Of a DNA stretch of 64,000 bases, positions 1-7,703 are shown in pieces. How positions within the stretch are numbered: the stretch's first letter is position 1; the number at the start of each line of letters is the position of its first letter. The stretch spans positions 613 to 64,612 of the forward strand of contig CAKONF010000001.1 in NCBI GenBank assembly GCA_934097015.1. Direction: 5' to 3'. The translations under genes were made by a program, and so were the position numbers. This DNA comes from an uncultured Bacilli bacterium. Its GTDB lineage: Bacteria > Bacillota_I > Bacilli_A > RF39 > UBA660. The notes beneath the pieces were generated by a model that saw nothing but the letters and a program-made list of their open reading frames with translations, did no database searches and was not told the DNA's origin.

Positions 1-254
1 TCCATAAATTTACTAACCCATAAAATTAAAAATAATAAATAAATTTTCATAGAAATAACAAATGGTTTAAAATTAATATTGGCAGGTAACATAGTTATAT
101 ATATTTCTGAAATTAATGACATAAAAGAAATCATAATGAGTTTTACAAATATTTTATTTTCGCTAGTATTATTCCAGTGTTTTTTAAATACGACAATCAT
201 TAACATTATTATGTATCCTAATGATGCAACTGACATAAAAATTGTACCACTCAT
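1..254 (-). CDS. Hypothetical polytopic membrane protein, N-terminal part (runs off window start)
   Basis: Open frame from ATG at 254 (AAGGGTG upstream) to position 1 without a stop. Translation MSGTIFMSVASLGYIIMLMIVVFKKHW... is a series of hydrophobic helices. It is absent from the ORF track because it is truncated, and it competes with antisense ORF 79..288. Confidence 0.35.
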   Translation of the reverse strand, partial: MSGTIFMSVASLGYIIMLMIVVFKKHWNNTSENKIFVKLIMISFMSLISEIYITMLPANINFKPFVISMKIYLLFLILWVSKFM

Positions 255-308
255 AAAATCACACACCCTTATTCTTATAAAATTATAGCATAAAAAAACA
301 ACACAATG

Positions 309-2132
309 TTATTTTTTTATCAATTTTTTTATGTTTTGTTCTTTTACTTTTTCATTTCCAAGATTTTCTAACAATTTAAAATCCTGTTTGTTATTCGGGG
401 TGTATGGAATAGATTCAATATGTTCAAAATAAGTAGGTACTTCATAATCTGGTAAATCTTCTATACATTTTTGTTTAATTTTTTCCAAAACATCTTCAAA
501 TATTATACCTTCATTTAATACTATATAAGCCATTGGTACACTTATTGATTTTTCATCGTTTACTCCAACAACTACACAATCTTTTACAAATGGTAATGAA
601 GTAATGACATCTTCGATAGTATCTGGGCTGATTTTAAATGCTTCTTTTTTTATTAATCTTCTGTTTCTTCCTTTAGGATAAATATAACCATCTTCATCAA
701 TGTAACATAAATCTCCTGTTTTTACCCATTCTTTTCCAAATTCATCTTTAATTTTGATTTTATTTGTCTCTTCTATATTATTTAAATATTCTACAAACAT
801 TCCATCCGTAGAAATATACAGTTCACCTATTTCTCTAGGTTGTAATATTTCTTGCGTTTCTGGATTAACAACCTTTACATTAATGTCTTTCATTGGTATT
901 CCTATGCTTCCAGGTCTATTAGCATAAACCGGTGATACAATTGAAGCACCCATTATTTCATTATTGCCATAACCATTAACTATTGTTTTATCAAATTTTT
1001 GTTGCATTTTTATTAAATCTTCGCTAGCAAATTTATCTCCACCAGAAACAAAAACATTTGCTCTTTTTATTCCATTCATAACTCTTTTTAATTCTTTATA
1101 TTTTTCTTTTAATTCTTTTTTTGAAGAATAAGAACTGTCTTTTAATAATAAATCTATATCAGTTTCTAACTTTTCTAATTTATCATAAATATATTTATAA
1201 TGTATAGGTGCTGCAAATGATATATCAAATTTTCCTAAATCATTGTAAACAGTAGATTCATCAACTAGAGGATTCATTTCTGCTTTCATAGTACATACCA
1301 TTGTAGTATAAATAGAATTTGCAAGTCCATATATTATAAATGGCGGTACAGATATATGCATGGTATGTCCTTTATATAGAGGCAAATCGGTATACAACAA
1401 TTTTTGAACAACAGAATTAAAATTATATTCTGTATGTAATATTTGCTTAGCTTTTCCAGTTGAACCACTTGATTGGATTATTAATGATGGTCTATCTTTT
1501 TCAAATTTAACTGCATTTAAATTATTAATATTAGTTCCTTCTTTTAAAAATTCTTGATATTTTATAAACCTTTTATCGTTAGGAAGAGATATATTTTTCT
1601 TTTCACTTTTGTTTTTTAATGTAGCCATTATCTTTACTAGTGGTGATAAATAATCTTTTGGAGAAACACTAATAATTTTGTTTACATCTGTTTCATTTAT
1701 GATATTTTCTACTAATGGTAAAACATCTTCGAATACTAAAACCGTTTTACAATTACTATTATTTATATATTTCACTAAATCTTTACCTTTAGTTCTTAAA
1801 TCAATCCAAGACATAGTAGCACCTAATTTCGATAAAGATAATAAACATTCTTCCACAATAGGCATACTTATTGTAAGTATAGCAACTGTATCACCTTCTC
1901 TAACTCCGTTTGCATAAAAAGACTTAGCTAACATATCTGATTTTTTAAATAATTCTTTATATGAGATGTTATTTCCAAAAAAACCCATTGCATTTAAATT
2001 TAAATCATTTTTTGACTCTTCTTTTACTAAATTATACATTGTTTCATACAAATTAATTTCTTTAATAGGATTTTTTCTATGATATTTATCCCAAATAAAG
2101 TCATAATTATTATTCATAATTTTCCACCCCAC
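309..2132 (-). CDS. AMP-dependent synthetase/ligase (acyl-CoA ligase family)
   Basis: 607 aa. It has the AMP-binding signature SSGSTGKAK and downstream GYGNNE and TGD motifs typical of the adenylate-forming superfamily. Confidence 0.8.
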   Translation of the reverse strand: MGWKIMNNNYDFIWDKYHRKNPIKEINLYETMYNLVKEESKNDLNLNAMGFFGNNISYKELFKKSDMLAKSFYANGVREGDTVAILTISMPIVEECLLSLSKLGATMSWIDLRTKGKDLVKYINNSNCKTVLVFEDVLPLVENIINETDVNKIISVSPKDYLSPLVKIMATLKNKSEKKNISLPNDKRFIKYQEFLKEGTNINNLNAVKFEKDRPSLIIQSSGSTGKAKQILHTEYNFNSVVQKLLYTDLPLYKGHTMHISVPPFIIYGLANSIYTTMVCTMKAEMNPLVDESTVYNDLGKFDISFAAPIHYKYIYDKLEKLETDIDLLLKDSSYSSKKELKEKYKELKRVMNGIKRANVFVSGGDKFASEDLIKMQQKFDKTIVNGYGNNEIMGASIVSPVYANRPGSIGIPMKDINVKVVNPETQEILQPREIGELYISTDGMFVEYLNNIEETNKIKIKDEFGKEWVKTGDLCYIDEDGYIYPKGRNRRLIKKEAFKISPDTIEDVITSLPFVKDCVVVGVNDEKSISVPMAYIVLNEGIIFEDVLEKIKQKCIEDLPDYEVPTYFEHIESIPYTPNNKQDFKLLENLGNEKVKEQNIKKLIKK

Positions 2133-2227
2133 TTAATTTGTTATATATATTATAACAAAAAACTTATATTTCTTAAATAATGTCTAAAAACATAGTTTTT
2201 GTGTCTGAAATAAAGAAAAAACAGATT

Positions 2228-2926
2228 TTATTCTGTTTCATCTACGTAATAATGTTTTATTGGTATTAAATTTTCATCTAATTCATAACAAATTGGTCTA
2301 CCGGTTGGTAATTCTATGTTCATTATTTCTTCATCGCTTACGTTGTCTAAATATTTTATTAAACCTCTTAAACTATTCCCATGAGCTACTATTATTACAT
2401 TTTTATTATTTAATAAATCTTTTTTTATATCACTATTCCAATAATCAATAACTCTATTAATTGTATCTTGTAAATTTTCTGTAGTTGGTAATTCTTCTTT
2501 ATTTAAATCATTGTATTTTATATCATTTCCAGGATATCTTTCATCATCTAAAGATAGTGCAGGAGGTTTTATAAACATACTTCTTCTCCATAATTTTACT
2601 TGTTCGTCACCATACTTTTTACGAGTTTCATCTTTATTAAGTCCTTGAAGTGCACCATAATGTCTTTCATTTAATTTATATGATTCTTTTATTTCTATAT
2701 TAGTTTCATCTAATTCTTCTAAAATATATTTTAAAGTATCTTGTGCGCGTTTTAGAAGTGATGTATAAGCTATATCAAATTTATAATTTTTTGATTTTAA
2801 GATTTTTCCTGCTTCTTTTGCTTCTTTAATACCATTTTCAGATAAATCTACATCTGTCCAACCAGTAAATTTATTTTCTAAATTCCATATACTTTGTCCA
2901 TGTCTAACAATTACTAATTTAATCAT
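2228..2926 (-). CDS. gpmA: 2,3-bisphosphoglycerate-dependent phosphoglycerate mutase
   Basis: N-terminus [29 protein letters not shown] carries the RHG catalytic motif. [10 protein letters not shown] and the HGNSLR motif are also present. Confidence 0.9.
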   Translation of the reverse strand: MIKLVIVRHGQSIWNLENKFTGWTDVDLSENGIKEAKEAGKILKSKNYKFDIAYTSLLKRAQDTLKYILEELDETNIEIKESYKLNERHYGALQGLNKDETRKKYGDEQVKLWRRSMFIKPPALSLDDERYPGNDIKYNDLNKEELPTTENLQDTINRVIDYWNSDIKKDLLNNKNVIIVAHGNSLRGLIKYLDNVSDEEIMNIELPTGRPICYELDENLIPIKHYYVDETE

Positions 2927-2953
2927 ATCTATCCTCCGTATATATTATATAAC

Positions 2954-3331
2954 TTATTCATTACCTTTTAAACTACTTACCATATCTATTTTCTTTATTT
3001 TTTTAGATAATATAAGTGATACTAAATATGATACTAAGAATGTTCCTATAGTTGCTATTATATAAGTTGTTGGTTTTATATATACATTGAAGTCAAAATT
3101 ATCGTCTAAACATTTTTTGAATAACCAGCTTGTTAAATAAACATTATATGCTGGAATAGCTAGTAAAAGAGCTACGCATCCACTTCCAAATAAACCTATA
3201 AATATGTTTAATAATACTTCAAATAATTTATTATCATAGTTTAATACTAAGAGAGTAAAAATTATTATTAAAACTAAAAAAATACTACTTATAATAATCG
3301 AAGCTTTTAATGCTCTACATTTTGCTTTCAT
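2954..3331 (-). CDS. Small 3-TM membrane protein, function unknown
   Basis: 125 aa with three hydrophobic helices. Its start overlaps the stop of the upstream zinc-ribbon gene by 4 nt (ATGA coupling). The C-terminal tail KKIKKIDMVSSLKGNE resembles the end of FtsX-type permease domains (weak, from memory). Confidence 0.5.
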   Translation of the reverse strand: MKAKCRALKASIIISSIFLVLIIIFTLLVLNYDNKLFEVLLNIFIGLFGSGCVALLLAIPAYNVYLTSWLFKKCLDDNFDFNVYIKPTTYIIATIGTFLVSYLVSLILSKKIKKIDMVSSLKGNE

Positions 3332-3543
3332 TCACCCTGAATATTACTAATAACATATTTAGATAATTCTTCATAATCACTTATATTTCCAATTCTTTTT
3401 AAATATTCATATCCACCATCTATTGCAACTGCACCACATGAGCATCTTTTAAAATCTTTAATATCTTTTGATTCAAGAATTGAACCACACTTTTTGCATT
3501 TTATCTTGTTCAATTTTATTATTTTTATTTCTTTATTTTTCAC
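3328..3543 (-). CDS. Small zinc-ribbon protein
   Basis: 71 aa with CKKCG ... CSCG (CxxC plus CxC). It is translationally coupled to the downstream membrane protein. Confidence 0.55.
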   Translation of the reverse strand: MKNKEIKIIKLNKIKCKKCGSILESKDIKDFKRCSCGAVAIDGGYEYLKRIGNISDYEELSKYVISNIQGE

Positions 3544-3657
3544 AAAACATCACCCAAGAAATAATATACCATAGCTATGCATTATGTATGTTATACCGTT
3601 TGCGGTATAATATATTTTATTCAACAAAAAAAGAACATTAATTGCTCTTTTATGAGG

Positions 3658-3747
3658 TGTTCAGTTCTGTTCGGAGCTGTTCACTTCTGTTCAGTGGTGT
3701 TCAGTTCTGTTCGGAGCTGTTCACTTCTGTTCAAAGCTGTTCAGCCA
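3658..3747. repeat. Nine TGTTC(A/G) motifs at exact 10-bp phasing (40-bp higher-order unit, about 2.2 copies)
   Basis: Units read directly: tgttcagttc tgttcggagc tgttcacttc tgttcagtgg tgttcagttc tgttcggagc tgttcacttc tgttcaaagc tgttcagcc. The array is GC-rich relative to its surroundings and starts 3 nt beyond the stop of the 3750..5201 gene. Confidence 0.9.
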
Positions 3748-3749
3748 AA

Positions 3750-5201
3750 TTATTGTTTTATGATATATTTTCCATAAGCGTCATTCTTTGTAGTACCAGT
3801 CCATATTATTAATTCTTTTTCTATTAATCTGTTTAGCAATGCTACAGCAGTAGTTTTACTTCTACCTATTATATTACTAATTTCTTCTCTTGTTGCTCCA
3901 TTGTTATTAATAATAAATTCAATTGCTTTTTGCTCAGGATATGTTAATTGATTCCAAATATTTTTTACTGTTTCATTTGATGAAGCATTGTTTACATTAG
4001 ATCTATTTTCTATATCATTATCCAAAACAAGCAATACTGAATTACGATCCGGTTCAGAATAATCTGGATCTTTCAAATTATAGTCATGCATCTCTTTATA
4101 AATTCTTTTTACACCTTCATTTAATTCTCTTACAATGCCAAACTCAACTAATGCTCTTGCAATCTGTGGATTTCTTGAATATCTTTTTACCTTCATTGTA
4201 TCTAATGTTACAAAACCGCCAAGTTTACCAGGAGAAGATATTTCCATTCTATTATTATATATTTTAACTATTATTTGTTCACCACTATTAGAATAATCTC
4301 TATGGGTTACAGCATTAACGATTCCTTCATACCATGCAAATTCCGGATATTCAGGATGTTTTTCAAAAACACCATTTGAATTTAAATAACTAAATTCTCT
4401 TAATTGCGAATTAATAAAATCCTTGGCTTCATTTAAAATTCTATATAAATTTTTATCAAAAGTCTTTTCTTTTATTACATTCATTGAAGTTCCAATTTGA
4501 AAATCATTACCTTCAAATTTAATTACTCTTAAACGAGAGCAAGGAAAATATATTGATGGATTTTTACCAAATAAAAGCATACCTGCATTAGTAAATTTTA
4601 ATTCACCCTTAATTTCTCTAATATAACCTCTTGCTTTTAATACAGAAATATCATCAGCATCTGTATCAATTTTTTTCTTAAAAATACCCACTACTTCTGT
4701 ATCAATATCATCCATGCTAGAATCCCAAACAATTTGATTTTCAAAATTAGTTTCATTTCTATCATATTCTAAACTTTTTATTTGATCATATGTTAGTTTA
4801 ATAGATGAGTCTCCTTGTCTACAATAAACCTCATCCTTAACGTTTCTAATTACTCTATTCATAGATGGTTCTACGTGATATAAAATTATAATATCATCTT
4901 CACCTTTAGAATTATTAATATTTATTATCTCACAATTGCAAATTGGTGTCGGCTTTAAGTATGCTGAAACTATTTTCTGTGCTTCGTTTAATTTAGATAT
5001 TCCATATTTGTTAAATCCTTCTATTTTTCCATTATCTGCAACACCAAGTGCTACTATTCCTCCTTGAGCATTAGCTAGTGCCATTACCTCATTAGCAACC
5101 GTTTTCAAATCTGTTTTACCAGATTTCCTTTCAAAATATAGATTTTCAGGTTGTTGCAAATATTCTATTGTGATTTTTTTGTTTATTTTAGATAAAGACA
5201 T
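3750..5201 (-). CDS. AlbA_2 (Schlafen-like) / HATPase_c_4 / C-terminal winged-helix protein (COG2865-type putative regulator, often mislabelled RecG-like)
   Basis: 483 aa. N-terminus ENLYFERKSGKTDLKTVANEVMALANAQGGIVALGVADNGKIEG matches the AlbA_2 divergent-AAA signature. The central AVTHRDYS region is HATPase_c_4-like. The C-terminal QKAIEFIINNNGATREEISNIIGRSKTTAVALLNRLIEKELI is a wHTH. Confidence 0.7.
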   Translation of the reverse strand: MSLSKINKKITIEYLQQPENLYFERKSGKTDLKTVANEVMALANAQGGIVALGVADNGKIEGFNKYGISKLNEAQKIVSAYLKPTPICNCEIININNSKGEDDIIILYHVEPSMNRVIRNVKDEVYCRQGDSSIKLTYDQIKSLEYDRNETNFENQIVWDSSMDDIDTEVVGIFKKKIDTDADDISVLKARGYIREIKGELKFTNAGMLLFGKNPSIYFPCSRLRVIKFEGNDFQIGTSMNVIKEKTFDKNLYRILNEAKDFINSQLREFSYLNSNGVFEKHPEYPEFAWYEGIVNAVTHRDYSNSGEQIIVKIYNNRMEISSPGKLGGFVTLDTMKVKRYSRNPQIARALVEFGIVRELNEGVKRIYKEMHDYNLKDPDYSEPDRNSVLLVLDNDIENRSNVNNASSNETVKNIWNQLTYPEQKAIEFIINNNGATREEISNIIGRSKTTAVALLNRLIEKELIIWTGTTKNDAYGKYIIKQ

Positions 5202-5293
5202 ATTATCACCTCATTAATATTTTATCATAAAAATGAGTTATTTATTCAATTATTAAAATATTTATACTAAATAAATTTTTAATTCTAATTTTT

Positions 5294-5315
5294 TTGTACC
5301 TAAATTGTACCTAAA
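5294..5315. repeat. Perfect tandem 11-mer TTGTACCTAAA x2
   Basis: ttgtacctaaa ttgtacctaaa read directly. It lies between the sRNA-D terminator and the promoter region of the 3750..5201 gene. Confidence 0.8.
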
Positions 5316-5363
5316 ATTGTTTTAGCAATACTGATGCCTCGCAAACCCTTATAAAATGGGTAT

Positions 5364-5465
5364 AAAAAATGAGAGCACGGTTAAATGCTCTCTTCAGGGG
5401 GTTTTGGTTGATCCGTCTAACTACAATATCGTTATCCGAATCTGCATGATATAATATCATGCCTA
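5364..5465 (-). ncRNA. Candidate small RNA D (C-rich seed family)
   Basis: On the minus strand: TTGACA (5499-5494), 17 nt, TAAAAT (5476-5471). Then a 19-nt palindrome GCATGATATTATATCATGC, a second stem with tandem GA, single-stranded AACCAAAACCCCCTGAAGAG, and the terminator GAGAGCAtttaaccGTGCTCTC plus a U-run (5392-5364). The listed ORF 5311..5499 overlaps and is probably spurious. Confidence 0.4.
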
Positions 5466-5533
5466 TAATCATTTTATAATTAAATAAATTCTTTGTCAAT
5501 TATTAATTTTACAAAAATTGGAAATTATGTAAA

Positions 5534-7519
5534 TTAATCTATAAATTTTAATTCTTCTAATATATTTTTGTAATAATTATAATTATTAAAATTATCTTTT
5601 ATATTGTTATCTATAAATTCTTTTGAATCTATATTACATTGTTTTAATATCTTAATATCTCTTTTTATATTAGCTAGTTTGAAGTCCATTTCTCCACTTT
5701 GTTTAGTACCAAATAAATTTCCACTCCCACGTAATTCGAAATCTTTTTCTGAAATATAAAATCCATCTGTTGATTCTGTTAATACATTTAATCTTTCTTT
5801 TTCATAATTACTGATTAATAAACAATATGATATAAAGTCATTTCTTCCTACTCTTCCCCTTAATTGATGTAATGTAGATAATCCAAATCTTTCGGCATTA
5901 AATATTACTATACATGTTGCATTTTTTACATCAACTCCTACTTCTATAACAGTAGTTGATATAAGTATTTTTGTTTTGCCATTTTTAAAATTATTCATTA
6001 TCTCTTCTTTATCTTTATTCTTTAATTTACCATGTAATATATCTATTGGAACCATATTATTAAATGCTATATTTAATTTATCTCTTAGTTTTTCTACATC
6101 ATATAAATTTTTATCATCATTTTCTTCTACTAATGGGGACACTGCATATATTTGATGACCTTTTTTTATTTCATTTAACATTATTTTAAGAGCATCTTTT
6201 AATTCTGATTCTTTATATAATTTTGTTATTACCTCTTTTCTTCCACTTGGTTTAGTTTTTATTTCAGATATATCCATATCTCCATATATTGTTAGCGCAT
6301 AAGTTCTTGGTATTGGAGTTGCTGACATATATAGTACATCTACACTTTCTCCTTTATTTTGTAAGTTTTTTCTTTGATTTACACCAAATCTATGCTGTTC
6401 ATCTGTTATAACTAATCCTAGATTATTAAATTCTACTTCTTCATTTATTATTGAATGAGTTCCTATGATACAATTTAATTCATTATTTTTTAATTTATTT
6501 ATTATATTTTCTCTATCTTTTTTCTTTGTAGAAGATGTTAATAAATCTACTTTGATATCTAATATATCTTTTATATTATCATAGTGTTGTTTTGCTAAAA
6601 TTTCTGTTGGTGCTAAAAGTGCAGATTGATATCCAGCTAAATAATTTGCGTATATTGCTATAAAAGATACTATTGTCTTACCACTACCAACATCTCCAAT
6701 TATTATTCTATTCATTCTTTTATTTGATTTAAAATCCTTTGTAATGTCATCTATTGCATTTAGTTGATCTTTGGTTAATTCAAAAGGTAGATTGTTTATT
6801 AATTCATTTAATTTATCTACATCAAAATCTTTTACTATATTTATTTCGTTAGTACTTCTTTTTAATCTTAAATAATTTATTTTAAACATAAAGTCAAATA
6901 ATTCTTTGTATATTAAAGTTAAATTTGCTTTCTTTAAAATATTTATATTTTGTGGATTATGTATTTCTTTTAAAGAATTATATTCATCTAATAAATTATA
7001 TTTATCTACTATATATTCTGGTAAAGTATTATTATATTCATTTTTATTAAGTATATCTATTATTAAATTATTTAAATTCTTATTTTTTAAATTTCCTTTT
7101 AAATGATATATAGGTTCTATTATTGTACTCATTATAGGTTTTAATAATATATTTGATGCTGTGAATAAATTCTTTTCTGTATTATACTTACCTGTTAAAC
7201 AGATACTTTTTCCTACAATTAAATTATTTTTCATAAATGCTCTATTAAAAATAGTTACATTAATTAATTTGTTTGAAGATAATACCCTAAATGTTAAATA
7301 ATTTAAGTTTCTTTTTATAAATACTATTTTAGGAGTTGATTCTATAATTCCATTTATAGTTATTGTGATATTATCTTGGATGTTATTAATATTAGTTGGA
7401 TTATAAAAGTTATATCTATATGGATAAAAATTAATTAAATCATTTGTTGTAAATATATTTAATTTGTGTAAATCATTTAATGTTTTATTACCTATTTTTG
7501 GTATATTTTCTAGTTCCAT
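5534..7519 (-). CDS. recG: ATP-dependent DNA helicase RecG
   Basis: 661 aa. It has an N-terminal wedge/OB region, Walker A GDVGSGKT, DEQHRFG, MSATPIPRT and HQLRGRVGR. Confidence 0.9.
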   Translation of the reverse strand: MELENIPKIGNKTLNDLHKLNIFTTNDLINFYPYRYNFYNPTNINNIQDNITITINGIIESTPKIVFIKRNLNYLTFRVLSSNKLINVTIFNRAFMKNNLIVGKSICLTGKYNTEKNLFTASNILLKPIMSTIIEPIYHLKGNLKNKNLNNLIIDILNKNEYNNTLPEYIVDKYNLLDEYNSLKEIHNPQNINILKKANLTLIYKELFDFMFKINYLRLKRSTNEINIVKDFDVDKLNELINNLPFELTKDQLNAIDDITKDFKSNKRMNRIIIGDVGSGKTIVSFIAIYANYLAGYQSALLAPTEILAKQHYDNIKDILDIKVDLLTSSTKKKDRENIINKLKNNELNCIIGTHSIINEEVEFNNLGLVITDEQHRFGVNQRKNLQNKGESVDVLYMSATPIPRTYALTIYGDMDISEIKTKPSGRKEVITKLYKESELKDALKIMLNEIKKGHQIYAVSPLVEENDDKNLYDVEKLRDKLNIAFNNMVPIDILHGKLKNKDKEEIMNNFKNGKTKILISTTVIEVGVDVKNATCIVIFNAERFGLSTLHQLRGRVGRNDFISYCLLISNYEKERLNVLTESTDGFYISEKDFELRGSGNLFGTKQSGEMDFKLANIKRDIKILKQCNIDSKEFIDNNIKDNFNNYNYYKNILEELKFID

Positions 7520-7606
7520 ATTACCTCCTAAAATTTTTTTATCAAATTTGTTAAAAATGTCATAAAAAGTGTTGACAAATTATAATAAATCGATTAGTAT
7601 ATGAAG

Positions 7607-7703
7607 TACCAATTCACTTTATGAGCGAATTGGTGCTAGTATCACACTAGCCAACCCCTTTTTATTCTTTGAAGCTGTTCTCAGGGGGCAGCTTCTTTTT
7701 TTT
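7607..7703 (+). ncRNA. Candidate small RNA C (C-rich motif, RsaE/RoxS-like look)
   Basis: TTGACA (7572-7577), 17 nt, TAGTAT (7595-7600). Stem GTACCAATTC/GAATTGGTGC, stem CTAGT/ACTAG, single-stranded GCCAACCCCTTTTTATT, then terminator GAAGCTG-ttctcaggggg-CAGCTTC plus T8 that abuts the convergent nifJ stop. Confidence 0.4.

Noticed and set aside
79-288. 69-aa plus-strand ORF at the window start
   Set aside because: It is antisense to a longer open frame that has an RBS, a clean TM-helix pattern and continues off the window. It is probably a shadow ORF, though neither can be proven.
3577-3777. 66-aa plus-strand ORF (MHYVCYTVCG...)
   Set aside because: Its repetitive translation (CSVLFGAVHFCSVVFSSVRSCSLLFKAVQ) is simply the 10-bp TGTTC array read in frame. 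It has no RBS and it overlaps the stop of the convergent 483-aa gene.
5311-5499. 62-aa minus-strand ORF
   Set aside because: It is co-extensive with a promoter, hairpins and terminator that look like a small RNA. It has no RBS and an odd composition.
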